Below are positions 49,801 to 57,679 of a stretch of 64,000 nt of DNA, piece after piece. The notes beneath the pieces were generated by a model that made no database searches, had not been told where the DNA came from, and saw nothing but the letters and a program-made list of their open reading frames with translations. The stretch is taken from positions 1,376,001 to 1,440,000 of the forward strand of contig OZ244732.1 in assembly GCA_965219345.1 (NCBI GenBank). Direction: 5' to 3'. The number at the start of each line of letters is the position of its first letter. The first letter of the stretch is position 1. This DNA comes from Nitrosopumilus sp. GTDB lineage: Archaea; Thermoproteota; Nitrososphaeria; Nitrososphaerales; Nitrosopumilaceae. The position numbers and the translations under genes were made by a program.

Positions 49801-50924
49801 CGGTTAATGTAAATGCAACACTTGATTATAGTCGTCTGCTTGTAGGTGATACCATTACAACTAGTCACATCAACATAACTGCAACAGGCATTGTAGGAGG
49901 AGATGTATCAGTTATGTTTACAAATACAACTGCCATTACTGGACCTGCAGGATTTGATGGAATTATTAATCTGCCAAAAGACCTGGGGGTCAGATGTACA
50001 GATATTACCCCCACTCGTGGAACTCTGGTATCCTGTATTGATATTGGGCAAAGCGATACTGCATTGTTCTTGGATAAACCTGCACGAATATCATTGAGTG
50101 GACAATCAGGGAACATACCTTGGTTTGCACAAGATGGTACAACAAGTGAAATAACTGCAACATGTAATGCTGATTCCATATATGATATTACGACACAACT
50201 AATCTCAGCAAATAATAGTAATAGTATATCTGGTGAGTGCTTTATTGATGTGGGTGAGGATCTAGTTATTTGGACTGCTCACTTTACGGCATTTGGCTCT
50301 AGTGTATTGCCATCAGTTAATGGCGGCAGCTCTTCAGGTGAATCAACTCACATAACTCAGATATATGACGGCTATTCCTATATGCCATACACTGATGGAA
50401 TCACCATAAACACAGACACACCAAGATTCAGGGGAGAGTCCAGTGGATATGACTCTGTAACTCTGCAGGTCAGAGACTCTGAGGGAATCTTGACTCAGAT
50501 TGGTCAGGGTACCTCTGTAAGAGATGACGGCTCATTTCAGCGAGGCAGAACCGTGTTGGATGATGGCACATATGTGATTCTTGTAGGTACTCAAGAGCTT
50601 GGCACCATAATTATTGACAGCAATCATATTCCTGTATCAACTGCTCAGATAACTCAGATATATGACGGTACAAGATATGTTGCATTTGTTGACGGAATCG
50701 CCATAAACACAGACACACCAAAATTCAGGGGAGCAAGTTCTGGCATATCATCGGTTCAGGTTTTAATTAACGGCACACAGGTAGGCGGCAATGCAATCTT
50801 TGATGATGGTACTTTTAAAAAGGGATGGAGAAACGGCCCACTTGGTAATGGCATTTACTTGCTAACTATTAACAATGAAGGTATGGAATTGTTCTCATCT
50901 ACTATAACAATTGATATGCCGTGA
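40839..50924 (+). CDS. giant (3361 aa) modular surface protein: zinc metalloprotease motif, Ig/FN3, cadherin-like (tandem-95) repeats, S8 subtilase, FG-GAP propeller, RTX-like Ca-binding repeats
   Basis: Signal peptide; HEYAH...WIEG; NxPPVAxND repeats; IAIIDD/HGTTVA/GTSASAPH triad; FG..V....VG..GS.YVFE repeats; GGPGDD nonapeptides. Confidence 0.9.
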   Translation: MLELDKQIILSVFLSLILVIGSTSLSFAEFSTNSIILQNTDTINHEHAFSEKFTDKRIITTYDLKSKPFGGINSQCSNWPVFSIDTPSQVTIGTEFDVILDYTFVIPDVDAGYEDPDAILEQELFTVCNMGSIYLIYPEHAEIVDAGYVHYITRTDDNWDPPLVINSGKIAYSFDNTAPQSKTITMKINEPSPFDDRSFFDISMDANNVRRYISINGDVVTLSENVPPQPLSAISSSLSVDTSSTKTWVGDYANKTGTVKLVNRNQLPQNEPPVELFADFLKEYYPDENYEEFLSSMNYSNEYIDQLMYDRPDLDTQSFTSVFNFTLPSIFSQGPPPFGFVTGTVENYDSIGVLEPVNGAKVCALDFNVGIGYSSDELFNGSTPICDITDINGDFSFAVPLTDTEGDGTTPDLIMNIKADNGKFNIGRDLVDRETSEEIFTTFTGVDDDVQIDITSVYFDYGTFTINQGSIISEVMWVQNTLQSTYDWYLDTLQYDVPPVIINWDPFACQGVGIFPGTDEIFIDSSTTRMDTYCGIPNSVLDHPDTIRHEYAHHTHIQIYQDLGSAFPLLNCPNNHSAVTPGGDSGCAWIEGWSSFVPLAIDNDPNYEAAGIVGIIDYENRVFPPDPKFEGLPWIDGINGEGSVTAALYDLVDTNNEGGDDRSNLLPDIWATFTDPLEVGSETIIAENILEYVEDWQDSNRPDLQSTFEHNTILDPIIVVPPVLGTLDSFLDDFERSDDNFPDWTEIGEWGTDTPEERNGDLPANSIRVAHIQNCIPDCSLTMNDAVNLSQYDSATLSLYRWLENSIDTTDFLKVEASGDDGQNWDTLVTWSEESDDEIWHFETFDLASYIDSTAFQVRFVVSSSFTEEVEIDHVLIEGTSADTTSPNITINSPQNGAILTQSTFTVSGIASDSESGIIQVQISIDGGPQQTAIGTTLWSIIVSGLSTGQHTIVMRATNGEGLETNTSILVTVSTVPDPPTNLLANVVSANEISLIWSAPVNDGDSPVTGYQIERNLNSAGFSVLVSDTGSISTDFLDTTLSGGDTAEYRTSAINVIGTGSASSSATATTPLLNDTPVVTISSPSDGSAFDDDIPRITFTASATDDTDGNISDEISWSSSINGMIGTGRSVDATLSVGTHNITATISDSANNTATDAISVRVQNIQENIDSGTGTGSTSFATNLGEFAAVSAVLESTLPEDGKPDVTFPDGLFSWNVTGLDAGQRIIVGITLPNDIPANSQYWKVINDSWVNATSILGSSDDGDNSITLAITDGSSFDADGLANGRISDPGGIAIISTANNPPVATNDVFVISEDNTLTVNATYGILSNDLDENGDTLASIISTNVTHGTILLHTNGSFAYTPSLNFFGADTFTYYASDGMANSNNATVSISVTPVNDPPVARNDTITTNEDTPITISVLNNDSDVDGDTLIVTEESDDESYTPISFEDSDDFWLNTFSFTTMFAQYTSVIENIFENILLALVPQISATAHDIPSVTADKIESMEYTTDINDQIYQQNKDKVNQARQQIKQLKEDYKEIDGSLKDKSNQYDIQQKLLLTAQQDFEDNTITRQELEKANQSFQDIQDSMNAVIINHTSKQLEISAVQSSLKISPDIKKLIDGTDTLEKLDERFKNIFKDRTADGDIIAEPKIPVYISGMTNSSDLSGYEVTAITDDITVLKLTPSQIQELSLNNNIKEIRLPEISEPLSHDTSQGVSLSYANLLHSQGITGNGTTIAIIDDSFVINNPEITNNIISHNLFDSAGFCGDISCRKTFGNSHGTTVAEIIVDMAPDVNLVLYTIANTVDFVNAINDIISRGDVDAINVSLGFPTAGGDGTTGYFRDGTSIVAKAANKASDAGILVTVASGNDAQRHWMGLYSISSTISPQMLGLTNHQSVMEFRPAESGLYKACLPINHAGWTVSSWNAWNSTNNDYDLFLFDSAMTGIVRYSATNQQTIPSSPIEVISDGRGFSGCLVVSSANSTENHLFHITAVGGGIPNNYISASSVSTPADAAGALTVGAINHNTNTLESFSSQGPTDTGTTKPEICGPDGVSSHQSLLNPFLGTSASAPHIAGAAALIKQAQPSLSLTELQNRLAHNTVFDESYSVDNICGANSGLVSVRGIEIIPGEDTSGSSSSTRSGTDQSTGESLSILTITNPVHGTAIINLNNTITYSPDTNYFGEDTFTYTLSDGNGGADAATVTVTVTPVNDVPVAISKSVMTSQDMPLLVTLSGTDNDNDTLVFSIMNPANGTLGSSMTAVNATSSTVLYTPNSGFSGTDSFTFVVYDGTITSQHGTISITIITDDTVPSVMQKLVPANALPFDSFGASISIYGDALIVGAALDGGNGPGSVYVFENNGTAWNQNTTLIQNNPVRFDRFGESLDIYNHTLFVGFSEDDNQNGRNAGSAYVFENNGTAWNNMGILTPDDGYSYQRFGSTVSVYNDTAILGVPYSGVSGYGSGAAYVFERDTQGGIWLQTAKIIPDIGYRQEYFGSSVAMYDGVIAVGSLSDRGTNSGSVRVFEKNTNGTWSQTQKLFPENNDRRLGYSISMDAETLVASSEFYDYNSDSMAGTIYTFEKGINNEWSRTDRLLPDEHIPGDSFGYSVSLSGDKMIVGTPNFLSYGSASSGFDSAYTFENNGTAWNNTARITPSDGLHDDFGKAVSMYGNTALVGIPYDTVNGIRSGSVNVYSGEFESFDTSESSSSRAQSLYNLNNNNNNNNNTSSYHILPKEFSARINGISFDSNISSIYLDDQYSNRFIITNTQSIGAGNNTATILEIMDIGASDAILPENITFVLISNDDNPEELFTVPLDIINERLYCGNAISHYNSIMYGTAQDDTITGSVLSDLILGYGGSDTIDGAMGNDCIYGGPGDDVIDGGMGDDVIYGGPGDDTINGGPGDDNLISKQGNDIIHGAMDDDNIFGSAAIQNNYNNINGAISSHNGTSSILPYQSIAEGTITDDNTSNDAITDDTITVTDADSALSAIIYSAVNVNATLDYSRLLVGDTITTSHINITATGIVGGDVSVMFTNTTAITGPAGFDGIINLPKDLGVRCTDITPTRGTLVSCIDIGQSDTALFLDKPARISLSGQSGNIPWFAQDGTTSEITATCNADSIYDITTQLISANNSNSISGECFIDVGEDLVIWTAHFTAFGSSVLPSVNGGSSSGESTHITQIYDGYSYMPYTDGITINTDTPRFRGESSGYDSVTLQVRDSEGILTQIGQGTSVRDDGSFQRGRTVLDDGTYVILVGTQELGTIIIDSNHIPVSTAQITQIYDGTRYVAFVDGIAINTDTPKFRGASSGISSVQVLINGTQVGGNAIFDDGTFKKGWRNGPLGNGIYLLTINNEGMELFSSTITIDMP
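41069..41717. repeat. 649-bp direct repeat, copy 2
   Basis: Matches 39872-40520. Confidence 0.92.
48972..48998 (+). repeat. (AAT)9 microsatellite encoding poly-Asn linker
   Basis: Perfect trinucleotide run inside the giant gene. Confidence 0.9.
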
Positions 50925-51044
50925 CTGTTTTCCAATTTCTCATTTAGGGCCAAAGATCACAAAAATATAGAATAGAGATTATGCATAATCCCTCCAAACC
51001 CCACGCCGATAAGTTAGATCAGACACGATCATACCACATGTCAA

Positions 51045-51148
51045 ATGCCAGATTCATCTGATCAAACCATACGCCAGCTGCAACAGGAGATCAAAAAACT
51101 AAAGAAGACTCTGGGGCAGAAAGGCAAGGAGCTGGATCTTGAGCGCGG
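51045..51148 (+). pseudogene. coiled-coil N-terminal fragment, probably of a transposase
   Basis: MPDSSDQTIRQLQQEIKKLKK...; raised GC; abuts the IS630 remnant. Confidence 0.35.
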
Positions 51149-51420
51149 CCTGCAAGACCCTCCTCGTCATAGCGCTGCAGCCAGCTCGTTACTGTGTGCG
51201 GGTCGCAGTAGCACAGCTCTGCTGTCTGCGTTGGCGTCAGTCCGCTGACCTTGACCATGCACACGATGTGGATCCTTTCCTTTACGCCGACTCACTTCTC
51301 CTTTTTGTAGGCCCGTACCAACAGGTCTTGTTCTTCTTGGTCCATGGACATGGCACTGCGCGGTGATCAAAGAGCATTGCGGTCAAGAAAATTCATGCAA
51401 AAGACTTTTACTCGTCAGTG
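51149..51420 (-). mobile_element. 5' remnant of an IS630-family element
   Basis: From ATG 51351: MSMDQEEQDLLVRAYKKEK*VGVKERIHIVCMV...TVTSWLQRYDEEGLAG (HTH); end TA|CACTGACG. Confidence 0.75.
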
Positions 51421-51435
51421 TAAGCTAACAGAGCC
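51421..51435 (-). repeat. IS6-type terminal repeat remnant (GGCTCTGTTAGCTTA)
   Basis: 13/15 match to the end at 63728-63742 (GGTTCTGTTAACTTA). Confidence 0.5.
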
Positions 51436-51513
51436 GATAAAAAAATTGATTTAAACTGGATGTTTGGTAAACTTAAAACTTCTTAACCTCAATACTGTTC
51501 ATGACATTTACTA

Positions 51514-53169
51514 ATGAGCAAAAAAGCTATCATTACAAGTGCTTTACCTTATGCAAACGGGGAAATCCACTTAGGACATGTTGCATCAACTTATCTTCCT
51601 GCAGATGTTACAACTAGATTCTTAAAACTAAATGGAGTAGAGGCTTACTATGTTTGTGCATCCGATGATTTTGGAACCCCAATCCTAATTCAATCAGAAA
51701 AAGAAGGAAAAACACCTGCTGAATACGTTGCACACTGGAATAAGCGTGATTACGATGATTTTTCTGCATTTAACATTGAATTTGATTATTTTTACAAGAC
51801 TAGTTCTACTGAAAATATTGCATTTGTTCAAGAAGTTTTCAAAAAACTAAATGATGCTGGTCATATCTATGAACAAGAAATTATTCAATTCTATTGCAAT
51901 AATGACAAGAAATTCTTACCTGACAGATATGTTAAAGGTACCTGTCCTTATTGCCAAGCAGAAGACCAATATTCTGATCTTTGTGAACGTTGTGGCCGAG
52001 TTCCTGAAGAAATTACTAATCCAAAATGTTCTCTTTGTGGTCAACCACCAACTAAAGAAAAAACAAAACACTACTTTTTCAAACTCAAAAACTTTGCTGA
52101 TTCATTATCTAAATGGCTAGATGAAAATCAAAACCTTCAAAAAGATGTCAAAAAATATGTTCAAAACTGGATTAAGTCTGGTTTAATTGATTGGGATATC
52201 ACTCGAGATATTTCGTGGGGTGTTCCTGTACCACTTGATAATGCAAAAGACAAGGTCTTCTATGGTTGGTTTGATAACCATTTGGCATACATATCAACTG
52301 CAATAAAATTTCTAAACGATAAAGGACTTGACGGAAAAGAATTTTGGAATTCAGCTGATATTTATCATTTTATTGGAAAAGACATTGTGTATCATCATTT
52401 TCTTTTCTTACCTGCAATGAGATTAGGAATGAACAGTGAGTACAAATTGCCTGATTACATTCCTACTAGAGGTCATCTAACACTACAATCAAAGAAAATT
52501 TCTAAAAGTAGAAATTGGTACATCAGTCTAAAAGAATTCTTGAATTATTATCCTGCCGACTATCTTAGATATTATTTGGTATCGATTAATCCGTATTCTC
52601 AAGATGACTTGAATTTTGATTGGAATGATTTTATTACACGGATTAATTCGGAACTAATTGGAAATCTTGGAAATTTTGTTAACCGTGCTCTAGGATTTGC
52701 TCAAAAAGCATTTGATGGAAAAGTTCCTGAAGTAGAATCATTTGATGAAAAAGATTCTGAGGCAGAACAAAAAATCAAAAATCTTGCAACTGATATAGGC
52801 TCACTTATGGAGCAGAATCATCTTGATAGATCTTTGAAGAAAATAATGGAATTTTCATCATTTTTTAATCAATATTTTCAGCATAAAGAGCCTTGGAAAA
52901 ATGGACCTGGTACTACAAATTGTGTATTCCTTTCAGCTAATGCTGTTCGAAGTTTAGCAATTGCTGTGTTTCCATTTATTCCAGAATCTGCTCAAAAAAT
53001 TTGGCAACAATTAGGATTTGATGGGAATGTTAATGATTCCTCTTGGGGTGATATCTCTGTTTTAGGAATCCCTTCTGGACATACTTTGGGTGAGGCTTCT
53101 CCATTGTTTGCAAAAGTCGAGGATTCTGACATTGAACAGTATAAAAAACAACTAGGTCCATCTGAATGA
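51514..53169 (+). CDS. metG: methionine--tRNA ligase
   Basis: ALPYANG, HLGH, Zn knuckles, KISKS. Confidence 0.97.
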   Translation: MSKKAIITSALPYANGEIHLGHVASTYLPADVTTRFLKLNGVEAYYVCASDDFGTPILIQSEKEGKTPAEYVAHWNKRDYDDFSAFNIEFDYFYKTSSTENIAFVQEVFKKLNDAGHIYEQEIIQFYCNNDKKFLPDRYVKGTCPYCQAEDQYSDLCERCGRVPEEITNPKCSLCGQPPTKEKTKHYFFKLKNFADSLSKWLDENQNLQKDVKKYVQNWIKSGLIDWDITRDISWGVPVPLDNAKDKVFYGWFDNHLAYISTAIKFLNDKGLDGKEFWNSADIYHFIGKDIVYHHFLFLPAMRLGMNSEYKLPDYIPTRGHLTLQSKKISKSRNWYISLKEFLNYYPADYLRYYLVSINPYSQDDLNFDWNDFITRINSELIGNLGNFVNRALGFAQKAFDGKVPEVESFDEKDSEAEQKIKNLATDIGSLMEQNHLDRSLKKIMEFSSFFNQYFQHKEPWKNGPGTTNCVFLSANAVRSLAIAVFPFIPESAQKIWQQLGFDGNVNDSSWGDISVLGIPSGHTLGEASPLFAKVEDSDIEQYKKQLGPSE

Positions 53170-53924
53170 AAATGAAACCTGTTAGTCGAATTTCTACTAG
53201 AGGATATTATGATCTAACTACTGGAAAAACCATTAAAACCACTTCTTATCATCTATATCCGAAAAAAGATTTTGAAAAATTAATTGGATCAAAAGAACTT
53301 GTAATAATGATTCATGGTTTGCAAAATGATAATGCAGGGGCAGTTGCCAAAATCGTCTTAGCAAAAAATCGGTTACATAGATTAGAATATCGTCATCCTG
53401 TAATTGGTTTTAGCTATGATTCAAACACTACAGGTGCTCATTTAATCACACGTGCAAAACATGCACTTGCAGTTGGTCAAATAATTGCAAAGAAAAATGG
53501 ACGTAATCTTGGAAAATTCATTGAAGATTTCAAAACCACTAGCCCAAAAACAAAGATTCGGTTAATGGGACATTCTTTGGGCTCTCAAGTAATATTGAGT
53601 ACTGTTGAATATCTTGCAAAAAAGAAACAAAATTTGGGAATTATTGATAGTGTCTATTTTTTTGGTGCATCCATCACTGAAAATATTCCATCTTCAAAAA
53701 AATACGGTAAAATCTTACAATCTATTATCAATAAAAAAATCATAAATTACTATGCACCAACAGATGAGATTCTTTATTGGGCTGATAAGGCAAATTATGT
53801 CCCTGAACCACTCGGTCTTAAAGGTGCAATTGGGATACCAGTCAGTAAATATCGTCAAAAACTAGTAAAACCACGAAATCATAGATTTGCCAGTTATGCT
53901 GCAGTATTAAACTCGTTTCCATAG
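53166..53924 (+). CDS. alpha/beta hydrolase (DUF726/DUF900-like)
   Basis: IHG and GHSLG motifs; overlaps the metG stop. Confidence 0.8.
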   Translation: MKMKPVSRISTRGYYDLTTGKTIKTTSYHLYPKKDFEKLIGSKELVIMIHGLQNDNAGAVAKIVLAKNRLHRLEYRHPVIGFSYDSNTTGAHLITRAKHALAVGQIIAKKNGRNLGKFIEDFKTTSPKTKIRLMGHSLGSQVILSTVEYLAKKKQNLGIIDSVYFFGASITENIPSSKKYGKILQSIINKKIINYYAPTDEILYWADKANYVPEPLGLKGAIGIPVSKYRQKLVKPRNHRFASYAAVLNSFP

Positions 53925-53987
53925 ACTATGAGTGTAGTACAAGTCATACGTCAGTCTTTTATAGAATGATGAAGTTCATACTTTATT

Positions 53988-54098
53988 ATGAAATCTAGAA
54001 TGTGTGCTTCATGTAGTAGTAAATCTATATTGTATCATCTACACATTTTAGATGAAACATCTGAAGTTTATGTAGATCTTTCAGAATACCCTTGTTAG
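53988..54098 (+). CDS. possible small CxxC protein (36 aa)
   Basis: MKSRMCASCSSKSILYHLH...YPC; short, no other support. Confidence 0.3.
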   Translation: MKSRMCASCSSKSILYHLHILDETSEVYVDLSEYPC

Positions 54099-54159
54099 TT
54101 TTTTTTGGTTTTTAATTTTAATAAAAATATTTAGTCATAATTGCTAGATTTTTTATATC

Positions 54160-54562
54160 TTATATTGTATTATTTAATACAGTGCCCTCTCCTTTTTCCC
54201 AAGATAGATCAAATAATGAACTCATCATATCTACTAATGTCTCAGAGTTTGACCACCATGCAAAGATTTGTCTTGATGGATGTGTTGCATTTCGCACAAA
54301 GATGAGAACCTCTTTTTTGTCATTAATAATGAAACACTTGTTTTCTGCATTTGATAGAATTACTTTAATCTTGTCTGAATCAAGGTCTGATAAAAATTCC
54401 GGAGTTTTGTTTAATGGTGAAACAATCATTTTGAGATTTGTTGGGGGAACTTTCTATCCAATCAAGTACATCTGAATGATACATTCTTAGTAAATCTACT
54501 ACGCTACCGTAAATTCTGAAATCCTCAGAGCTTGTACTCACTTCAATCTTGTGACAAGCCAC
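54160..54562 (-). pseudogene. C-terminal fragment of a TrmB-like regulator, frameshifted
   Basis: CFIINDKKEVLIF...WSNSETLVDMMSSLFDLSW resembles the TrmB effector domain; no HTH; split over two frames. Confidence 0.6.
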
Positions 54563-54633
54563 TATAACATCACTGCATTAAACCACCAAGTGCAGTATGC
54601 ACTTTCTAATTTTTATATATTTTTTCTAAAAAA

Positions 54634-54659
54634 GGTTCTGTGAAGTTATCGGGTGTTAT
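54634..54659 (+). repeat. IS6-type left terminal inverted repeat
   Basis: ggttctgtgaagttatcgggtg; 19/26 to 62043-62068; 16/18 to the reverse complement of 63725-63742; coincides with the GC shift. Confidence 0.7.
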
Positions 54660-55134
54660 TCCGCAGCCTTGTCTAATGAGGCATAAAAGTACAATGGGGC
54701 CTCGATCTGACATTCAACCTTCTTGCAAGTTCTCATACCATGATCCAGACCTTTCGGAATTTGGTTCTGTCGGGTTGTCGGGGGAGGGGGAGGGGGGACA
54801 GGTCAGGGCTGGTTTCTCCATTCATCCTTGTCCGAAGCCGTCATCTGTTTAGAAGATACATTTCTGCTTGGTGAAGGCAACATAGCTAATAACTTCTTCA
54901 AGTGAGACAGGGTTACAAGCACTGTAGGGCAGCAGATCCAGACCAATGGTCTTTGATGCCAGGAATCCCCGCTGCGGTTTTTCATCCAATGGAGATATCA
55001 TCACTGTACTGTGTGGCAGTAGTAGTAGCAGCAGCAGCGAAGGCCAATGCATTATGATACCAAAGACAATGGCTACGCGGCCGGCATCTCTTTTGATTCA
55101 TAGTGACGGATTTTTACAAAAGAAAAAAGAAAGG

Positions 55135-56478
55135 CTAGCTGCAGGTTGCAGTCGTAGTTATGGTCTGTCTCAGCTGACCTGTAAAGTCTTGACTGATGTC
55201 ACCAATTTGAACCTGCAGATAGTAGAAAGTAACAAAGGGAGGTTTCAAATTACTTACAACAATAACGTCTGTTTCAGACATTGGGGTTCTGTCCACGTAT
55301 AAAGTGTTTGTAATACTAGAGTGCCTTGTCTGCCCTACACCCATGATTGGCTCATCATTACTGTTCATCCAGTCCGTTGCAGATATGTCCACATCAACAG
55401 CGGAATTGCCACTATTGTTTATTGTAAGTGCCTTTGCATCCGAAGTGTCGCCGTATGCCAGACTGCCAAAGTCCAGATCACCGGTTACGCTGGCCGAGCA
55501 TACGGGAGCATCGGCGTTGGAGGCATCCAGCGTGACGTCAATTGTTTTTGATGCAATCTCGTTTAGGGACCCTACGATAGTGCCGTTTGCAGCAACGGTA
55601 CCGTAAGGCAGACTGACAGTCGTATCGTATGCAAAGGTGTCATCACTAAACACGCCTCTGATGACATAATTTCTAGTACCATTTTCCAAGGTTACGGGAG
55701 TTATGATTGATCCGCCAGATGTGAAAAAAGGAAGGTCATACCCAACTGTAAAACTGCCCTGAAAGTCGGAAATGGCGGGAAGCGGAAAGAAGAAGTCACC
55801 GAAGACGTCACTAACAGTTTCAAGACCCCCCAGGTCATCACGGTCAAGCACGACTACGCCAGAACCGTTGGAGAACTTTGTAAAGTCATCCCTGAACGTT
55901 ACGGATGGCTTTTCACCTACCGTAATCTCCACGGGTATGGTCTTGGTTGCCCCGGTAGTAGTACAGGTCGCATTCCCGGCATTACCGGTATAGGTGAACT
56001 CTTTTATGACAATGTCAAACGTATCGATGCCCGTATATGTAGCACCGGGGATGTAGTCAAATTCGGCAAGCATTGTGGGGTCGTGGCCAAAGTCATTCGT
56101 ATTACAGGTTATGGCAAGTTCGGGACTATTGCCATCACTGTAATCGTATGGTTTTATGGGATCTCCAGATGCCACAAGGCTGCCGCCCTCTTCAGTGGTC
56201 AGGGGGTCGGGAAATACGGCAATCCAGGGATTTCCAGTGACATTGTAACCAATAGCATTATGAAGTATAGGAGTAAAGTTAGGTCGTTCTGTTACCAGGG
56301 ACAGATCATGGGCAATTGTACCATATCCGACATCGTATCTCAGTGTTGGAACAATATCCACAGTACCATCAGTGTCTGACTGGCCATACGCATAGTAGCC
56401 TCCTGCAGTCATTGTTGCTGTTATCGCTACCGCCATCAGGATCGCCGCAACAGTGCCGTCTCTCTCTTTTAGTGCCAA
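55135..56478 (-). CDS. secreted beta-rich surface protein with C-terminal Cys-bounded Ig/pilin-like domain
   Basis: Signal peptide; T/G/D-rich; C...LDFGSL..G.TS..LTINNSGN...TITTTATC; GC above host. Confidence 0.75.
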   Translation of the reverse strand: MALKERDGTVAAILMAVAITATMTAGGYYAYGQSDTDGTVDIVPTLRYDVGYGTIAHDLSLVTERPNFTPILHNAIGYNVTGNPWIAVFPDPLTTEEGGSLVASGDPIKPYDYSDGNSPELAITCNTNDFGHDPTMLAEFDYIPGATYTGIDTFDIVIKEFTYTGNAGNATCTTTGATKTIPVEITVGEKPSVTFRDDFTKFSNGSGVVVLDRDDLGGLETVSDVFGDFFFPLPAISDFQGSFTVGYDLPFFTSGGSIITPVTLENGTRNYVIRGVFSDDTFAYDTTVSLPYGTVAANGTIVGSLNEIASKTIDVTLDASNADAPVCSASVTGDLDFGSLAYGDTSDAKALTINNSGNSAVDVDISATDWMNSNDEPIMGVGQTRHSSITNTLYVDRTPMSETDVIVVSNLKPPFVTFYYLQVQIGDISQDFTGQLRQTITTTATCS

Positions 56479-56489
56479 TGACTGTATAC

Positions 56490-56508
56490 GGGGGGGGGGG
56501 TTAAATAA
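56490..56508 (-). promoter_or_regulatory. TATA-like box followed by C11 homopolymer upstream of the 447-aa gene
   Basis: Minus strand TTATTTAA-CCCCCCCCCCC-gtatacagtca-TTG. Confidence 0.55.
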
Positions 56509-56748
56509 CTATATCGAAGGATACTGTTAACAATTCGTGACATGGGCATGACTGCACCCCCAGGGGATCATCTTTGTGTCAAAGGTACAATCATGAGGCC
56601 ATCTGATCCCTCATTGACGGGTATTTCCTTCATGCATTCATCATGGCTGCCCTTCCTGCAAAACCAGCATATGCGTGATTCCATCATCATTCTTCTGACG
56701 GGCAAAACCCCACTGTAAACTTATCTGGAGGACTCTGGTATGTACTAG

Positions 56749-56926
56749 CAATGTCTGACATTGCAGACAACAAGTTCCAGATCCATCATTTCAAATATTT
56801 TGAGAACCTTTTCCCTGCTAACAATGTCTGACATTGCAGACAACAAGTTCCAGATCCATCATTTCAAATATTTTGAGAACCTTTTCCCTGCTAACAATGT
56901 CTGACATTGCAGACAACAAGTTCCAG
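56749..56926 (+). repeat. 73-bp tandem repeat (2.4 copies)
   Basis: Units start at 56749, 56822, 56895; 32-bp part three times, 41-bp part twice, all identical. Confidence 0.92.
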
Positions 56927-57332
56927 CATAATGCCGATAACCTGCTGAGAATGGCAAAACAGCAGTCTGGCAAGTCACCTAGAAACTTCATTACAGACGG
57001 GCTGCCAGCTTATGCCAAATCCTCAAAAAAAGTATTTGGGAAAGACACGAATCATGTAAAGCACATACATCTCGCTGGGAAGCGTGACCGTGACAATAAC
57101 AACAAGATGGAGAGATTGAACGGGAAAATCAGGGATCATGAGAAGGTATTAAGGGGATTGAAAAAGATGGATACGGCAATCCTTGACGGCATGAGGGTGT
57201 ATTATAACTTCACAAAAGAACACTCTGCACTTGGCGGTAGAACGCCAGCAGAGCCTCAATGATAAGGTTGAGGGTTCTAACAAATGGAAGACGATAATCC
57301 AAAACGCCTCACTGAGCAGAACTATTCAGTAG
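56897..57332 (+). pseudogene. C-terminal fragment of an IS6-family (IS240-like) DDE transposase
   Basis: FITDGLPAY, NNNKMERLNG, YYNF..HSALGGRTPAE, then frameshifted NKWKTIIQNASL. Confidence 0.85.
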
Positions 57333-57594
57333 ATATTATGCGTATTGCCTTTGATTTTGCGTCATGAACTCGTTTATGCATTTTCCTTAAGTTGGAATTG
57401 TATGTATCACAGCAGTCAGGATTGCAATCTATTCCGGTTGTTTTGAAACCAGCTGCTTCAAGACCCAACGAAAGCCCGCCAGCTCCGGAGTAGATGTCAA
57501 GTGCTACATATTTTGAACGTTTTGTTGGTCGTAATATTTTTTCTATTTCAAAAGGGTAATTTTTCTTGAGTGCATGTATGTCAGGAAGTTTCAT
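57322..57594 (-). pseudogene. N-terminal fragment of a DNA (cytosine-5) methyltransferase
   Basis: Motif I DIYSGAGGLSLGLEAAGF; no catalytic PC motif; truncated. Confidence 0.75.
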
Positions 57595-57679
57595 TACATA
57601 TCATCAAAAATATATTTGCTAAAAACCTTCTGCAGTGGCAGGTTGCAGTCGGACATGATTTTGGATCCCAAAAGAGATG

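Noticed and set aside
41085-50179. Antisense ORFs within the giant gene
   Set aside because: Codon-bias shadows of the long plus-strand ORF
56749-56926. CRISPR array (32-bp palindromic repeat, 41-bp spacers)
   Set aside because: Both spacers are identical, the repeat is transposase coding sequence, and there are no cas genes or leader
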